From assembly GCF_964204645.1 (NCBI RefSeq), contig NC_134027.1, positions 2,264,485 through 2,328,484 on the forward strand: DNA of 64,000 bases, given 5' to 3'. Positions 1 to 14,400 of the stretch are shown piece by piece (the first letter of the stretch is position 1; each line of letters begins with the position of its first letter). Below the pieces are notes generated by a model. The model was not told where the DNA came from and made no database searches. It was given only the letters and a program-made list of their open reading frames with translations. Both the position numbers and the translations under genes were made by a program. The DNA comes from Tubulanus polymorphus. Taxonomy: Eukaryota > Animalia > Nemertea.

Positions 1-3
1 CAG

Positions 4-426
4 ATACTGATTTCGCGGTTGCTGCCGGTTTAATGCCCGGCAATGAAGTCGTTAAGGGATCACGAGCTAGTTTCTACTGCACGACGAGAGGTCTCCCCGC
101 TAGCAAATCCGTTAGATGGTACTTTAAAAGTCGTACTCGTTCCGGATATATCAACTCCGGCTGTAACCTAAACGGCCTAACGGAATATCTTGGTATTGAA
201 GCGATTACATGTAGAGGTGATGCTATTAGTATTCGTCTGGATATTCCACGTGTACGTGCAGAAAATACCGGCAGTTACATATGTATTGTAGGTAACAAGA
301 GGCGGACTCTTCATTTTTCAGTAACAGGTTCGTATTAGCCTTTATGAATTGAAAATTGTGGAAAATTTGCTTTCAGTCGAAACCTCTTTAATCTATGATT
401 TTACTATATTTTCAGGGGCAAATTGA
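4..426 (+). CDS. 3' end of an Ig-like domain protein gene (5' part outside window)
   Basis: Exon 4-327 bounded by cag| and |gttcgt encodes ASFYC..VRWY..LDIPRVRAENTGSYIC (B-strand Cys, C-strand Trp, xxGxYxC F-strand). The next acceptor leads to a stop at 424-426; AATAAA near 787 and 904. Confidence 0.7.
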
Positions 427-1600
427 ATTAACGGCCACAAAACACAGGTTAAAATGTTAAAACTGATTTTATTAAATAGCGCATCTCATCCCCTAAATCG
501 CACTGATTTGTTTGTATAGATGGCGAGTCTGTTCTACGAAGTCATTTTGGATTTCATTTACGACAATAAGAAATAGAATTTTCATATGATTATCAAATAT
601 CATACAACTTCCAAATTTAGATCAGTTACATCGACGACACGTTATCAGCCTGGTCACGTGATAAATATCGGTGTATAAAAGTCATTTAATTGACGTCATT
701 ATCTAATCACGTGAGTTAGATTTATATAAAATTAGATTTTTCACAGCTTGTTTTCGAGGCATAAACAAATATTGTAATTCTCAAATAATAAATAACGCCT
801 ATTTACATCGAAATGCTAAATGTGAAACGTGAAATCATTACGTGTAAGTTGTAAAATTCTTATTAAAAAATGTCTCGATCTGTATGATTCTGTATTCAAT
901 GAAAATAAAATTCCATTTCATCGAATTTATTAAGAATATTCTTTATTCAAAATATTTTCACTAGATATCAAGTGGTCATGTATCTGATATCGGATCCCCT
1001 GCAATCAGAGAATTCATTATGGCAATCTTCGGGATATGAATGAAACATTACAGTTCGGCCTCTCTTACCAGTCGAACATGTAGCCTCACTTGCGGCGCGG
1101 TGCTGCAATCCATCACATCTCTTTTCTTAGTGCTTTAAAATATATGGAATAAGAATAACGATGAAGATACCGAATGAAATTAACAGATAATCATTTTAAT
1201 TGGAAAAAGTTTTTTGCGTGACTAATTGATTCATTAAATGCTCTTCGCCGGAGGAATGTGACCTTTCTTTTAAACTTACGCGAACTGCAAATATACACAT
1301 CTTGTCATTTACAATTCCTACATTGCCTATACTTACTTTCCTTTTCGTCGATCCGGATTTACACGGGTAGCGACAAGAAAAACGTAGTTGAAATTATATC
1401 CACATCACTGAGTGAACATTCGAAAGCATAGTTTTCTGAAGACATTAAAAAGAAATTGCCAACATCTATACACATCAGCGAATACTTTCCTAATTTCACC
1501 ATATGTGTACAAAACACGCAGCTACTCTTTTCTTGCATTCATATTTCGTCACCGAAATCATACATTTAATGAATTTGTAAATTAAGCAATCTACGTATTA

Positions 1601-1822
1601 GGCCAAAAAAATTGATACCTTGTTTCTCCGCTCTGCTGAGCTTAAATGTTGACCCGGCCGGCCGCCTATCTACCCTATACATTACTTTTTGTTAAATCGT
1701 GATCAATTTCACCATAATAACAGACCCGGCCGCTATGGAAATGAACTGTTTATGAATTTTATCATATTTTACAAAAATGACCCGGCCGCTGCGGAGAAAC
1801 AAGGTATCATTTTTGTTTAGCC
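1601..1822. mobile_element. PIF/Harbinger-type MITE (family A, copy 1)
   Basis: TIRs ggccaaaaaaattgataccttgtttctccgc / gcggagaaacaaggtatcatttttgtttagcc, TTA on both sides; near-identical copy at 49666-49874. Confidence 0.85.
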
Positions 1823-2424
1823 TTAATGAAATATATTCGGACTGCCGTTGTGGCACAGGGTTCGGAAAATTAACGATCTTCGTAGCTATTCTTACGTACC
1901 TCTCGGGGTCTCTCCGATCTGACAGACATATCCAGACGTTTCGATTCCGCTTAAATAATAATTCATACGATATTTATTTGCGAAATTAAGACGATGGAAG
2001 CTATATTAGAGAGTATCGTTAATGATTTGCAACTGAAAGCAGTGTAATATACTAATCAATAAGCGTGCGAATACCGCAGGTGTTTCACTACCGTTACCTC
2101 GGGGCCTCATTCTAGGCTCACTAACAACGCGGCATGCCGGGAATGAACGCGTCGCACACAGTTCCATTTGCGCAAAGTCTTCGATCTTTGACTTTACTGA
2201 TTAACAACAAGCTTTAATAAATCGCGTCCTATTCGTCACGAAAACCGGACGATACGTTGTCAATACACGAGACTAATAGGAATCGAGCCAATTATTGGCA
2301 AGTTATGCTGCCAGATAACCGTTACTATTGCAGATTTAACTTTATCTTGTTTCGCGCCGCAAAAGTTTTTTAGCAACTTTATTTACATATCGTTCAAGAC
2401 GTTCGTCGAGGGATAACCGTGAAA

Positions 2425-5400
2425 ATGACTTCGTGTACGAAAGATGGTAAGAAATTCGAGCTCGTTGCTCAAAATGTGAACGGATCGCAAACGCAAACAG
2501 TTTTGAGAGATCCGGAAATGAAAGAAACAGATGATGAAGATGCCGTGAGTATTCCTGATCGAGGAAACTGGACGGGAAAACTTGATTTTATTCTTTCTTG
2601 TATCGGATACGCGATTGGATTGGGAAATATCTGGCGCTTCCCCTATCTATGTTATAAAAACGGGGGTGGTAAGTATATATTACACTTTATTTTAAACTGA
2701 TTGACAGGATAGTAGTGCCTATATAGCGACCACGCGTCCGCTGTTTGCGTAAAGATTATGAAAATGCACTCGATTGAATTATTTACTTTATCTGATAGAT
2801 TATTGCAAGTACACTTCAATGTATAGTGACTGATTGTCCAGTACTGGGCGTTGATTGTCTGTTGATTTTTCGCATTGTGCACGACGAATATTGCACCGTT
2901 TGACGAGTAATCTTGATTAAACACTGACGTGTTGTAACGACCATATACTATGAAATCCCGCGATAGAAGGAGAAATCAGTTTTCCTGAAGACGATTTAGA
3001 TGATTTTAACGTCGAAAATAAACTTAAAATAATAGCTTTAAGGAAAATTTTCGGACCCGTTTTTCCTTTGTAATGTGCGATTCGATCGTATTTGCTCGAA
3101 AAGCAGTCACTGGTATAATTAAGTTGGCGTTTAAATCATAACAATAAATACGTTAGAAAAAACATTCATCAATTTCATGCGATTTGTTTCTGGTACTTAA
3201 AGAGTAATAGTTTACTGGTGTGTATTTGCCATTAAAATCTATTGAATAAAGAAAATTTGTCTTTTGATATATACTATACACCAAGTAAAATCTATAGGCC
3301 TTAGATACTTATCATGAAATGCTGACGTAATAATTTACTCATTGTATATGAACGAATATGAATTGGGGACGCTGATATCTTTCTATATTACAATTTTGAT
3401 AATTCTTTTTTGTATACCATATCAAAAACGCTGTAACACATTAAACGTCTTGTGATAATGACATAGATATTGATTCATTACTTATCTATGATATGCAGTA
3501 GATTGGTCTAATACCCTACTTAGTAGTGTAGATAATTAACCTTAAATGATATAATAGATGGGGACCGATAAGTTCCAGTGAAAAAAATATACTAGAAACA
3601 TAGAGAATGAAAATACTAGAGAATACAATATTCAAAAAATGTACGTCGTACGTGGCGTTGATTACCACAGGCCGCATTTAAGATTATGTAAATAAAATAA
3701 AATACATCTTCGTGTTGGTGTTGATTGCACCTCGTATCGTTTCTTTATGATCGAGGTAAATCTTTCTCATGTTGATACACATGTAAATCTGAAGGGTTTT
3801 TAAAGTAAAACAAACGAGATGTTTTTCAAGATGTGTTTCCCTCGGTTGTTTGAGCGTACGTTACGTTTAAGAACATAGATTGTTCTTGATAGAGCCGTGA
3901 GTTGGCAGCATATTCACAATATTATTATAAAATAAATACTTTACTGTGTTCAGTAATTCCGCGTTTTAAGAAGTACTTTCCAAATTTGTGTCATGGTATA
4001 CTTCTAATAACCAGACAAAGAACTGGTTTAAACAGTTAGAGAAGAACCCTCAACCTTCAAACAAATCCACTGTTATTGTGAAGCTGCCCCTTTCATTTTG
4101 CTAAGTATATTTCACGGGTAAAATTCGAATGCATGAATTACCCGGGAACCTGAGATAAACAGCACAGCGAATTGGGAATATAATACGAGTTCCCCATCAC
4201 GCAAATCAACCATGGAACTATGCTAATTGCAGAAAACGCTTCTGATTAACCTGCGGCTTAACAGCCTCGAAATCTGTGTGAATCGTAGAATCAGGCGGCA
4301 TAATTGTATTAATGCGGGAAATTATTCCTACGCCAAACCAATCAAATACTTCACCCAGGGGTTGTATTATCTTTCTAATCGGTCTAATTGGTTTGTTAAT
4401 TAGCGGTTTGATATATTTGTGCCAAGTTCCATGAGATATAACAATAGTTATTTCTGCACCACGCGCACTATGTATGTATCGATAGCAAATCGCTGGCACT
4501 TTTATCGAATTGACAATTTAGTTAACGAGGCTAATTAAAAGAATTAAGTGCATTGACGTAATTAACTACTGCGCACGATCGATAAGATTTGTTTTCCCTA
4601 TCGATAAAACAGATATCGATAGTTCGAACGAGTCACATTTTATGAGATCATCGACTATATCTCTAGTTTAGCGGTATACGTCCGCGATGAGATCGAATTA
4701 GTTTCCCCAATTGCTTATGATTGCTGTATCTTATCTGATGAAAATGCCAATCTTGATTTCAACAAACGTCCGAATTGCAGGTAAACTACCTGTCAAACTA
4801 ATAACACTTATCCGCTAAATACCCGTCGCCTTCAATGTCGGTTAAATCAATGAAGGTCTACATCTGATTTATGCCGAAGCTTTCCCATGCAATTCCTTAC
4901 TGAAGTAGAAATCTCTCCAAAGCTGTAAGTGTCAGCCAGCAAAAAACCAGTTACATATTATACAGTTGTAGTGGTTATTAGTAGTCAGTAAATCACTTAA
5001 ATATATGACAGGTCGGTAAATAAAAATGTAAGATCTATCACCGCACCGCAATTCTATATTTGCTCATCGAATATCGACGGTTTTCTAAAAACCAGAGGAT
5101 AGAAGACACGAGCAAGCCGAAAAGAGGAAATGTAGAAATTTGATTCTGATCAGGCAGATACGTAGCGTGTATATTTCATATAAATCATACCTCAAAGGAG
5201 GAGAAAATACCTCATTTCAATTATATATTAAGTCGATTTCTTATAAGGATGTGTTTTATGTTGACCGCCGTTGGGTGTCCGTATCGCGCGAAAACGGCTT
5301 ACCCTGATCGAATCGACTGTAAGAACCTGAAACTCATCAGAACAACAAAATCACCAATGTAAAGACAGATGATTGTCTAGTACCGGTACTGGTCTATTGC

Positions 5401-8400
5401 GATAATACACCGTCATGTATGTACAGCAGGAAATTCAATCAACTTTTCCGCTACTTTCTTAATAATCATAGTTTGCGTTGATAGCTCAGATGTACGCTAT
5501 AGTTCGTTATTTTTGTACGAGCTACACTAGACCATCCCATCGTACGACATCGACCTCACTTTCATCTGCGATTAATTTATCAATAGGTTGATAATTATTC
5601 ATAGGAACGATTATTATGAAATTCAGATTTGAGGTTAAGCGATTTAATCATAAGGCAGCGGTTGATATACATGAAGTAGTTGCTCGGGGACAGATGTTTT
5701 TGCAAAATGAGGTTGATCGATCTCGAGTAAATTGAAATAGTAGATCTGATTTCATACTTTGTTAGCACAGCTATTGAAATGTTTGATTCTCAACGGAAAT
5801 CTATTCGTTCGATGTATCGGGTTTTAGAATTTCGATTTTAGATAACTGTTTTGCTTTAAGAAGTAATTCGGCCGGAACGTCGCGATTCATTTCAATGAAT
5901 ACGTCATCGATTTAACAAATTTATTACTAAGGTATATCAGTCTTTAATGTATAGGGAAGTAGCGTGAGAAAAATAATGCGATAACTAACTCGTGTACATC
6001 GTACGCAATATTTTCGCATAATTTAATCTACGTGCGCACTCATCACTCGTATTTTTCTATCCCTTATTTTTCGTCTAATTGACACGAAACGCTGAAAACT
6101 ATCGTCAAACAAGGTTAAATTCGATAGTAAATTCTAATTTCTGCCTCTCACGGGTAGAACGTCGAGGAAAGAGAAATGCCGTAACGTGTAATGTAACACC
6201 GATGACACTCCCGAGTCTCCGCAAGCGAATAACACGATTCGTATAACTCGTCATCGTCGACATTTTCAGTAACGATACCAAGGACATTCACAATCAGGCA
6301 TAGCGTATGAAATGACTCTATATCGCTTATAAAGATTCAAGAAACTGCGTGAATTTTTCATGTGAAAAAAAATCTAAAAGTAAAAAGATGACACGATGAT
6401 ACGCATGTGCACGTTATAATGCTGATGTAACATCTTAAAAATTCCTCTCACGATCCAGCGCTTAAATTCAACCATCCATCAGCGCAATGAATTTATAGAT
6501 GAGTCGCGCTTCGGGGAGAACGCCACTTGAGTTCGACCAATTAAACCAATTGTCTTCGACGTATCGACAATTTCACAGGAGACACGACTGAGTTTGTGTC
6601 GCACGCGGAGTCCGTGTTGTATCAACGATTCACTAAACGGACAGTCAACGATCATCAACAATTAATTGGCCTCAAGTTTACGAATATTCTTAGTACATAT
6701 AGAGATCAATGGCAATACGGCAGATCTGTACAAGACACGAGACAAACGCCACATGCACCAATTACTTGAAATGCATTGATATTAATAATAAATCGTACGC
6801 GATGGGTGGAATGTATGCGACTTATTGATTCGTCGAAAAACTCATCGCTAGATGATCTTATGTAACGAAGCAACAATCGCAGTAAGATTATGTTGATGGG
6901 TTTGACTGATAAAAAATTCAAGAACTCTGAGCTATGACTTCGTTCGTGTTTCTGATCTATTGTAGTCACTGAAATGTGCAAATTTACTTTCGTCTTATCT
7001 ACATTCATTCATCCTGTGTTTAAAACTAATGCTGGACACAAATAGATGGACGCATTCCGCAATTGTATTCGCAGGATGTATTAATTACAGTTCTGATAAT
7101 CGATATTGTTTAAGTCTTTCCGAACATACCGATATGGGATACAATAACTCAATGTCGAACTTCAAATGCCACTCCCAGGGCTGTCATCGATAATCCATGC
7201 CTCGACACGTTTGGCATCTTGCACTACAATGCACATCAACTATTTGAGATGAAGGATATGATATACATTACTGAGGAAACTCGTGGGCGACGAGTGAAAC
7301 GGAACCTCTATTATAGAAAATTGAATATACCATTCGTTTTCTGATTTGGGGAATAATTGAAACGGCTTAAGTTAGAAAGAGGTCAAAATATATGTCAAGA
7401 GAGTTTTTTTTACGTGTACATTTATTTTCCTATTGACAACGAGGTGAAATAGATAATTGAATAACAGAGTCAGCAATCTACAACGACATTGTCCAGTAAG
7501 GAGGCCATATCTAATGTATTATTCAAGCCTTTGTAATCGGTTATATCATCAACTTACATCTCGCTGCATCTCATTTTCTGTATCGTCGTCAAGTTACTGA
7601 ATCAACTTGACATTCAGACGTACATGAAGTTCAGGTAAAGGTTAAGAAAGGAGCGGTGCTGATTTAGGGGTTACCGCATTATTATCTACGTACGTGGGTT
7701 ACAAGAATACCCATATATCGCATCGCAATGTTGTAAGACAAATGGAGAAGAATTTGTATTCGTGGCTCCTGATACGTGATGTGCAGTTTGGTTATTTTCT
7801 GCTGTAAGTGTAGGTAGTTTTCTCGTACACTCGGTGAACCGTTTCACGAAAACTGCAATCACGGTCCACTAAACGACAACATAAAAACGACAATAGCTTC
7901 AGAAATATGGTCAAACTACAAATCAAACCGACCTAATCAGACGAGCTTTTCTGCAGTAAAACATCTTATTCACCGAGAGCATTATTGGATACGGAAGTTT
8001 TCGTGGCTATTTTAGATTGCGCTGTGACGTAATAACGATACTCAATCGTGAGTGGTGCTGCAACTTCAGCGGAAGTTAAAAATCCATAAATCCACTAATT
8101 AGTAAAAATAAAAGAATACATATGAGTCGTATATACTCGGCTAAATCTTCAGAAGATCAAACACATCTTTCACAGCGCATGACTGACATTTTTATGATCT
8201 AGAGAGTATTTATCGGCTGCCAAAAAACAATCAAAGCAACCTAATACATCGATGATTGAAGCTTGTGGGGATTACAGAGCTGTGTGCTGTGTCTGAACAT
8301 TCTCAGCGTCAGGGTTTAACAGTAACACGATTCTCGTGTCATTCAGATTTTGAAGATACGCTATCCAATGGATTCGTCTTCGGTTACGTTTAGCAGAAGA

Positions 8401-11400
8401 AACCGAATCTTTACGCCCGACAGCCTGTTGTCTTAGAGTTACGATTACATTTAGCGGATATCCATTAATTAGTTCTTATGAATTCTTACGCATAAAGAGA
8501 TCAAATTCGTGGATATTTGCAGTATGAATGATATAAAACGAATGAAGATATGCAAAGAAACTTTTATTCTCAATATGAAAATAGCTTTTGATGCTTTGAG
8601 GAAGAAATGGCGAGGCAAGGAGTCTCGATGACATGATTTACATTACCAGTACCGGTTAAAACATAGCAGGAATTTCTGCACAACTTTTTGGACTGTTGTG
8701 ACAGTATTTTTGGTTGCTGCATCGAGAGCGCACCTGATCTCAAAGAATACTAGACAAACAAAGACTTTCTGTGTAGCGACTATAACGGAGAAATGTCTCT
8801 GCTATCTTTGGAACAGGTTTTAATGAGAATTTTCTCATTACCGAGATTAAAGCATCGGCAATCTCGTCTTTCTTGTCAGCAATTTTGTTTCAATCCGGAA
8901 CATGTCAAACCTCCGGAATATGTCAAAACACTTTTTCCTAGGCTCGCTTATACTCATAACAGTATACTACTAATGATGAAGTTACGATCATTGAAGTTGG
9001 TGAAACTTGTTTCGAAAAATGTGTGTTGATTTACCGAGGTCATGCAAGGGCGAACGTCTCCTTTTCCCGTTTGTAACGAATATTGCTGATTAAACGAGCT
9101 ATTTCGCCTATTTCGACCTTGTCTCACGTCGAAGTAAAATTGACAATCAAACCAAAGGATTCTTATTCGCTTTCGACTCCATGATCGAATAAACCCTTCT
9201 GTCTCTCTAATGAGCCGAGAATCGTGATCCAATAAGACACTGATATCAATTAAGCCAGTTAACGCTTTTTACCGATTTCTCAACCCATACCCCGGCTACT
9301 TTCAAGGCTCTTATCCCTTTCCTTTTTCTCGGAATTCATTAAGAATACACCGTTAGTAAACGTTCGTATATGGCGGATACTTTTTCTTGCTGTGTTTTAT
9401 ACTCGTGTTGAGATCGCCTTGAGAATGATTACTGAATTAAACGGGTGCATAAACAAAACTGTGGCGATAGCCGTGAACAGCACCGCGTAATTAACGATTC
9501 ACCACCAGCCCAAATCAACACCAGAACGACCAAAACCTAACCATTTGGAAAACTGGTTAATGTCGAAAATCACGATTGACTTATCCCGGCCAGATTCGTT
9601 TCAAATTAATATTACACTCTCACTCTCTCTCACGCTAACACATGTGCCGCATATTATTGACAAGTTTATTTATTAGAAATATATCAGCACACGTCGAAAC
9701 CTACGCAAGACGGAGTGTCGTATAACCCTCGAATTATTAGCTGCCACGACGGATGGTAAAACCATCGGCATACGACGTTCTGCTTTCCTCTTGATGTGCA
9801 GTCTATTGCGACGAAAATGTCGATAAGATTTATTGAGGTTCGGGGAATAATGTTATTTTAGAGCCAGGCCTCGGGATAGAGAGAGAGAGAGAGAGAGAGT
9901 GTGAAACATGTTTCTTTTGTCTGTCTATAGCGCGTTTCCACCGTAAAATTGTCGGTTCGATCATTTTCGGCGATTTTAGCAAACAGCGAAACCAGCAGTG
10001 TAGGTGGATGATAAAACAATACACACGTATGCACATTCTATTCGATAAGAAGTTATCTATTGGATGTTCAAAGATTAAGTGCTCTCTTAAATGAATGAAA
10101 ATATGAATGAATCGATTTCTAAATATTGGAGAAGATAAACATGAAAGTGAACGACAGTTTTCGTTCATCACGTTCTTTCTATCCGGAGGCTATTTTATCC
10201 GATGTAAAAATCACACGAAGCAATGAAAACTTATACGATATCACTGTACGAACACATCATGATAAACACGCGAAAGCTTTTATTGTTTAGACTCATCTTG
10301 TTTGATTTCGGCCTTTCGGGTGCATTGACTGAGCTACTTAAGCATAGATAACAACTTTAAAAAGCTTTAAGAGCGATGGTGATGTCTGCAATTGTGTTAG
10401 CGCTTAGTGATCGAAGTCATATATGATTTTAAGTTACTGCATAGGCGATTTCCTAAATCAGTGATATATCCAATTTCCCGAACTCTTTTCATTTTCGAAA
10501 ACTTTTCTATACCGGTATCTCGGGAACGCGTACAATCGCGAAATGAGAAATGAATCCGCCTGTGCGCAGTTAGTTATAGATCAATAAAATTCTGAGCAAA
10601 GCGATCCCCACGAGGGGATTAGAACGTTCTTCAATAGCTCCTCGGGGTGGTATTATAAACAATTGCTGCTTTCCGTAATCATTCACCTCTCAAATAATTC
10701 CTACACTGGAAAGCATTATCTTTCAAGATTCTTGGAATATGCTTTACTTCAGTTTTCGATTTCCCAGGCCGCGTGGCCTACCTTGAACCAGTTTAGAACT
10801 GCGAGGTCGACGGTCATTTTATGATCTAAATATCAGCATCGGTATTTAATTTATCAACAGCAGACAAATTTCACTTTGAGAAACACTGATGGGTAAATAA
10901 CGTTGTAACGAGCATGAATCGTCAAAAAAATCTGAAATATCAATTGATGGATAAACAATGTTGCACGTGCATGAGTCCAAAATATCAATTACCGAACTGA
11001 ATTATTTTCCGTGACCATCTTATCATTGACATATACTTCATATCGAATGATATCACTCAATATCTGTTCTGATTCCTCGAACGTGACGAAATTATTAATG
11101 AAATGCTTATAACGAATATGATTTTTCCAAAAAAAAACTCGATATTGCGGGTATCCGGCTGAACTATTTACCCGCAAGTTATAAGCGAGGCTTAGACTTT
11201 TTAACGGTTGTGCTTTACATTATGTTGGAGAAGACCGATTTGCCATACATGTGTCATTGCATCCGAGAAGATGGCAATCCAGTCACGTGACTTGTCAACA
11301 CGCCGTCGTTTTAGAGCTTACAAGATGGCAACAAGCGTCGCAATGAAGATAGTTAATGGCTGTTACGTGTATCAAGAAATATGATCAATACACTTTGATT

Positions 11401-14400
11401 TCTAACATCCCTCGATGACACCGACGGGTATAACTACTTTCACCAGCTGATTACCGGTTCTGATATGTTCAAACTGTCAAAACGGTATGTGTGTGCCCTT
11501 GCGATAATGGACTCTGTCGTATAACTGTTTCGCGTGAGCCCAGATTTATGAATATTCTAGGTAAACCACTCGGATATCGGGTTCGATTTCAGTCATAAAC
11601 AAGACGCACGCTATTTGATATCTCTATCTATATCTAGTGTCTATCGAGTAGTTTCAATGGAGACATTTCTGTCGCAGTTTGAAGCTCCCTGCGATACATT
11701 TCTCGTTTAAGTACTTCGAGGCGCTCATATTCTATGCGATTCTTCAAACATTTTAAATTATCTGAAAATTGATTTCCAATTAGCGCGCACTGAAAAAAAC
11801 ACTTTGCACTGTTTCCGCCTTGGATATGTGATATAGTGAAGAGTGTATTGAATAAATGACAACCATATACTGCCCTCTTACATATTCGATGCGTGGTCTT
11901 TATGAGTTATAAAATAGCGAATAAAAATTTTATTTCATTTTTATGCCTTTCGTCTGGAAAGTATTAGCGTAAAATGCGGTCGTAGTTCAAAGGTTGTTCG
12001 ACCGTCAGTGAGAAAGTACATTTAAGAAGGCAATATCCGTAAAGAATTGTTTGGAGTTTTCGTCTGGTTACTGAATTCAATCACCTCTATCGGACAAACC
12101 GCTCCAATAGCAATGAAAACACAGGTGTAACAAGCAATAAGCCTACGGATTGAAAACTCGCCGTCGAATAATTTCTTGCGGCGTCGTGTCACCCAATTGG
12201 TATAGCTCTGCTGTTTCGATCACGTATTGGTAAATCATTAATTTCGCGCGAGGGGAGAGAATTTTCTCAACGGCCATCGGGAGAAATTTACTGGTCTCTC
12301 TGGAAAGCTTCGATGAGAGATCGATCAGTTGTCGAGTTCTGGCGTTTTGTAACTGATCTTCAACTGCTTACTGGTGGTCGTGATTCATTTTGATATCGAG
12401 TGTCGCATTCTCAGTGTAAAAGATAATGAACAATTTCACAATTAATCATGTAAAAAAAGCTATAATGATAAACGGTATTTTCACAAATATATGAATATAG
12501 ATATCAATCGTAGGATCGTTCAGTATCTTCTACATCATGAATTCCGCCTGGAGTATCTGAGAAAGTCTACTTCATCAGGTGCTAAATTTCATGGAATCTA
12601 ATTTGTATGCAGGATGTATAATGCAGTAAGATATACAATAGGGCTAAGAAGGCTAAGAGGGTACTTACTTTCCTACAGACTTTGGTTTCTCTAAGCCTTT
12701 CTTTGAGACTTACTCTTCACTCTAGTGTAACATATATGTTTTTATGATAACAGTTATAATATACGTCTGAATCTATTTATAAAAAGAAAATACAAAAAAA
12801 GAACAATTTTCCGCAGATATCAATGCTATCCACGTTGACAGATTCACGACGTAATTTTTCGACCCTTTTTCAGGTGCTTTTCTCATACCATACGTACTAA
12901 CTTTACTACTTGCTGGTATACCAATGTTCTTCCTCGAGACAGCTGTTGGTCAGTTTCTAACCATAGGAGGCCTAGGAGTGTGGAAAATATGTCCAATTTT
13001 CAAAGGTAAGTTCCACCCTATTCATTTATCTAACTGCAAGTTCAACTCCATATATACCTGACATTTTTTGTCTTAAATGTGTACGTCATTGGCAAGCGAT
13101 TGTAATCTTCGATGAAATCATTGAGTAAATGTTCTTGACGAATCGTGACGATATTTCCAACAACTTCGATACAATTGGAAATCGATGGTGACACGTCTTG
13201 TCAATTATTCCGTAAAATATGTGAGGTTCACAAAATCTTAGATATCATATCGAATTACTGCATTAACGACAAGTCGAGACAGATTCTTCCGAAACACTTT
13301 TTTCATTAAAGATGGAAGATGTTTCGTTGAAAAGAATTCAGTCGTACTGAAAGATCAATATTTAAAGATATCTATTGAACGAATTCAGTTGATTGTGTCA
13401 ATGTACTGAATATCCGAAAATACGATTAGATAGTTTTAAGATTTTGAACGAAGCTTCTTTAAGCAACACGCTTCCTGAAAACAACTTTTCAACGGGGAAA
13501 ACATTTTCTCTGTTTTTGCTCGGTAGTGTGGCACACGAAAACAAAAAATAGTTTTGCTCGCTTGGGGGCAAGAGAAAATATCGAACGTTCTTTTTTTCCA
13601 TTTCGTGTTTTCCTACGTCAAGGCGCGTCCGGCTTAATAGTTCAATATTTTTTTCAAAACAATTCCATGTAATGATTGCACGTTTTTACCGATTTCTCCT
13701 TTAACCAAACCGTTTTTGTTGTATCATTTACAGGTGTTGGTTATGCTGCAGCAATAATGGCATTTTGGCTAAACATTTATTATATCGTGATTCTAGCATG
13801 GGCAATGTACTATCTCTACCAATCTTTCACAACGGTTTTACCTTGGGCAAAGTGCAATAACCCGTGGAACACTGAATGGTGTCGTACGGACCACGGCGCT
13901 GGACTTAGTAATTGTAGTATTATTAATATAACTGACACTTCAAATGCCAGTTCTAAGTATTTAGTGGATGCGGTCGAAAAAGTGACATTCTCACCATTAA
14001 TGAGCACTACAACACCGCCGAGCGGAAAGGTGTTGCATGCATTTATGTGTAATGGAAGTATTGTGTATGACAATTTCACGTCACCAGTGAAGGAGTTCTG
14101 GGAGTAAGTATTCGCGGATAGCCTTTACACAAATATCCCTAAGATAAAGATAGATATTCCTACCAAGTGCAGGAAAATCTTAGATGAAAATTTCGGAATA
14201 CAAGATCAATTCGTGAAGATATTTGGGATGTTTCTGAAGGAGCGTACCCCTTGTACTTTAACATTCAAACGTAAATATTGTTGTTACTGCAAATATAATC
14301 ATTTACTTAACATAACCACCTCATGTGTGCACTAATTAGCTACGATTACACTTGTTCATAAACACTAAGAGACATTGAGTTCACACAACGAACGTTTTCT

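Noticed and set aside
2984-3020. CTGAAGA..gtcGAAA hammerhead-like string
   Set aside because: Weak stem II and no stem III, cleavage triplet or stem I.
10767-10810. GGCCGCGTGGCCTA, like the 5' end of tRNA-Arg
   Set aside because: No anticodon arm, T-loop or acceptor complement follows.
13459-13637. Possible TTAA-flanked element (ttaagcaacacgc .. gcgtccggcttaa)
   Set aside because: Terminal match too short and no second copy in the window.
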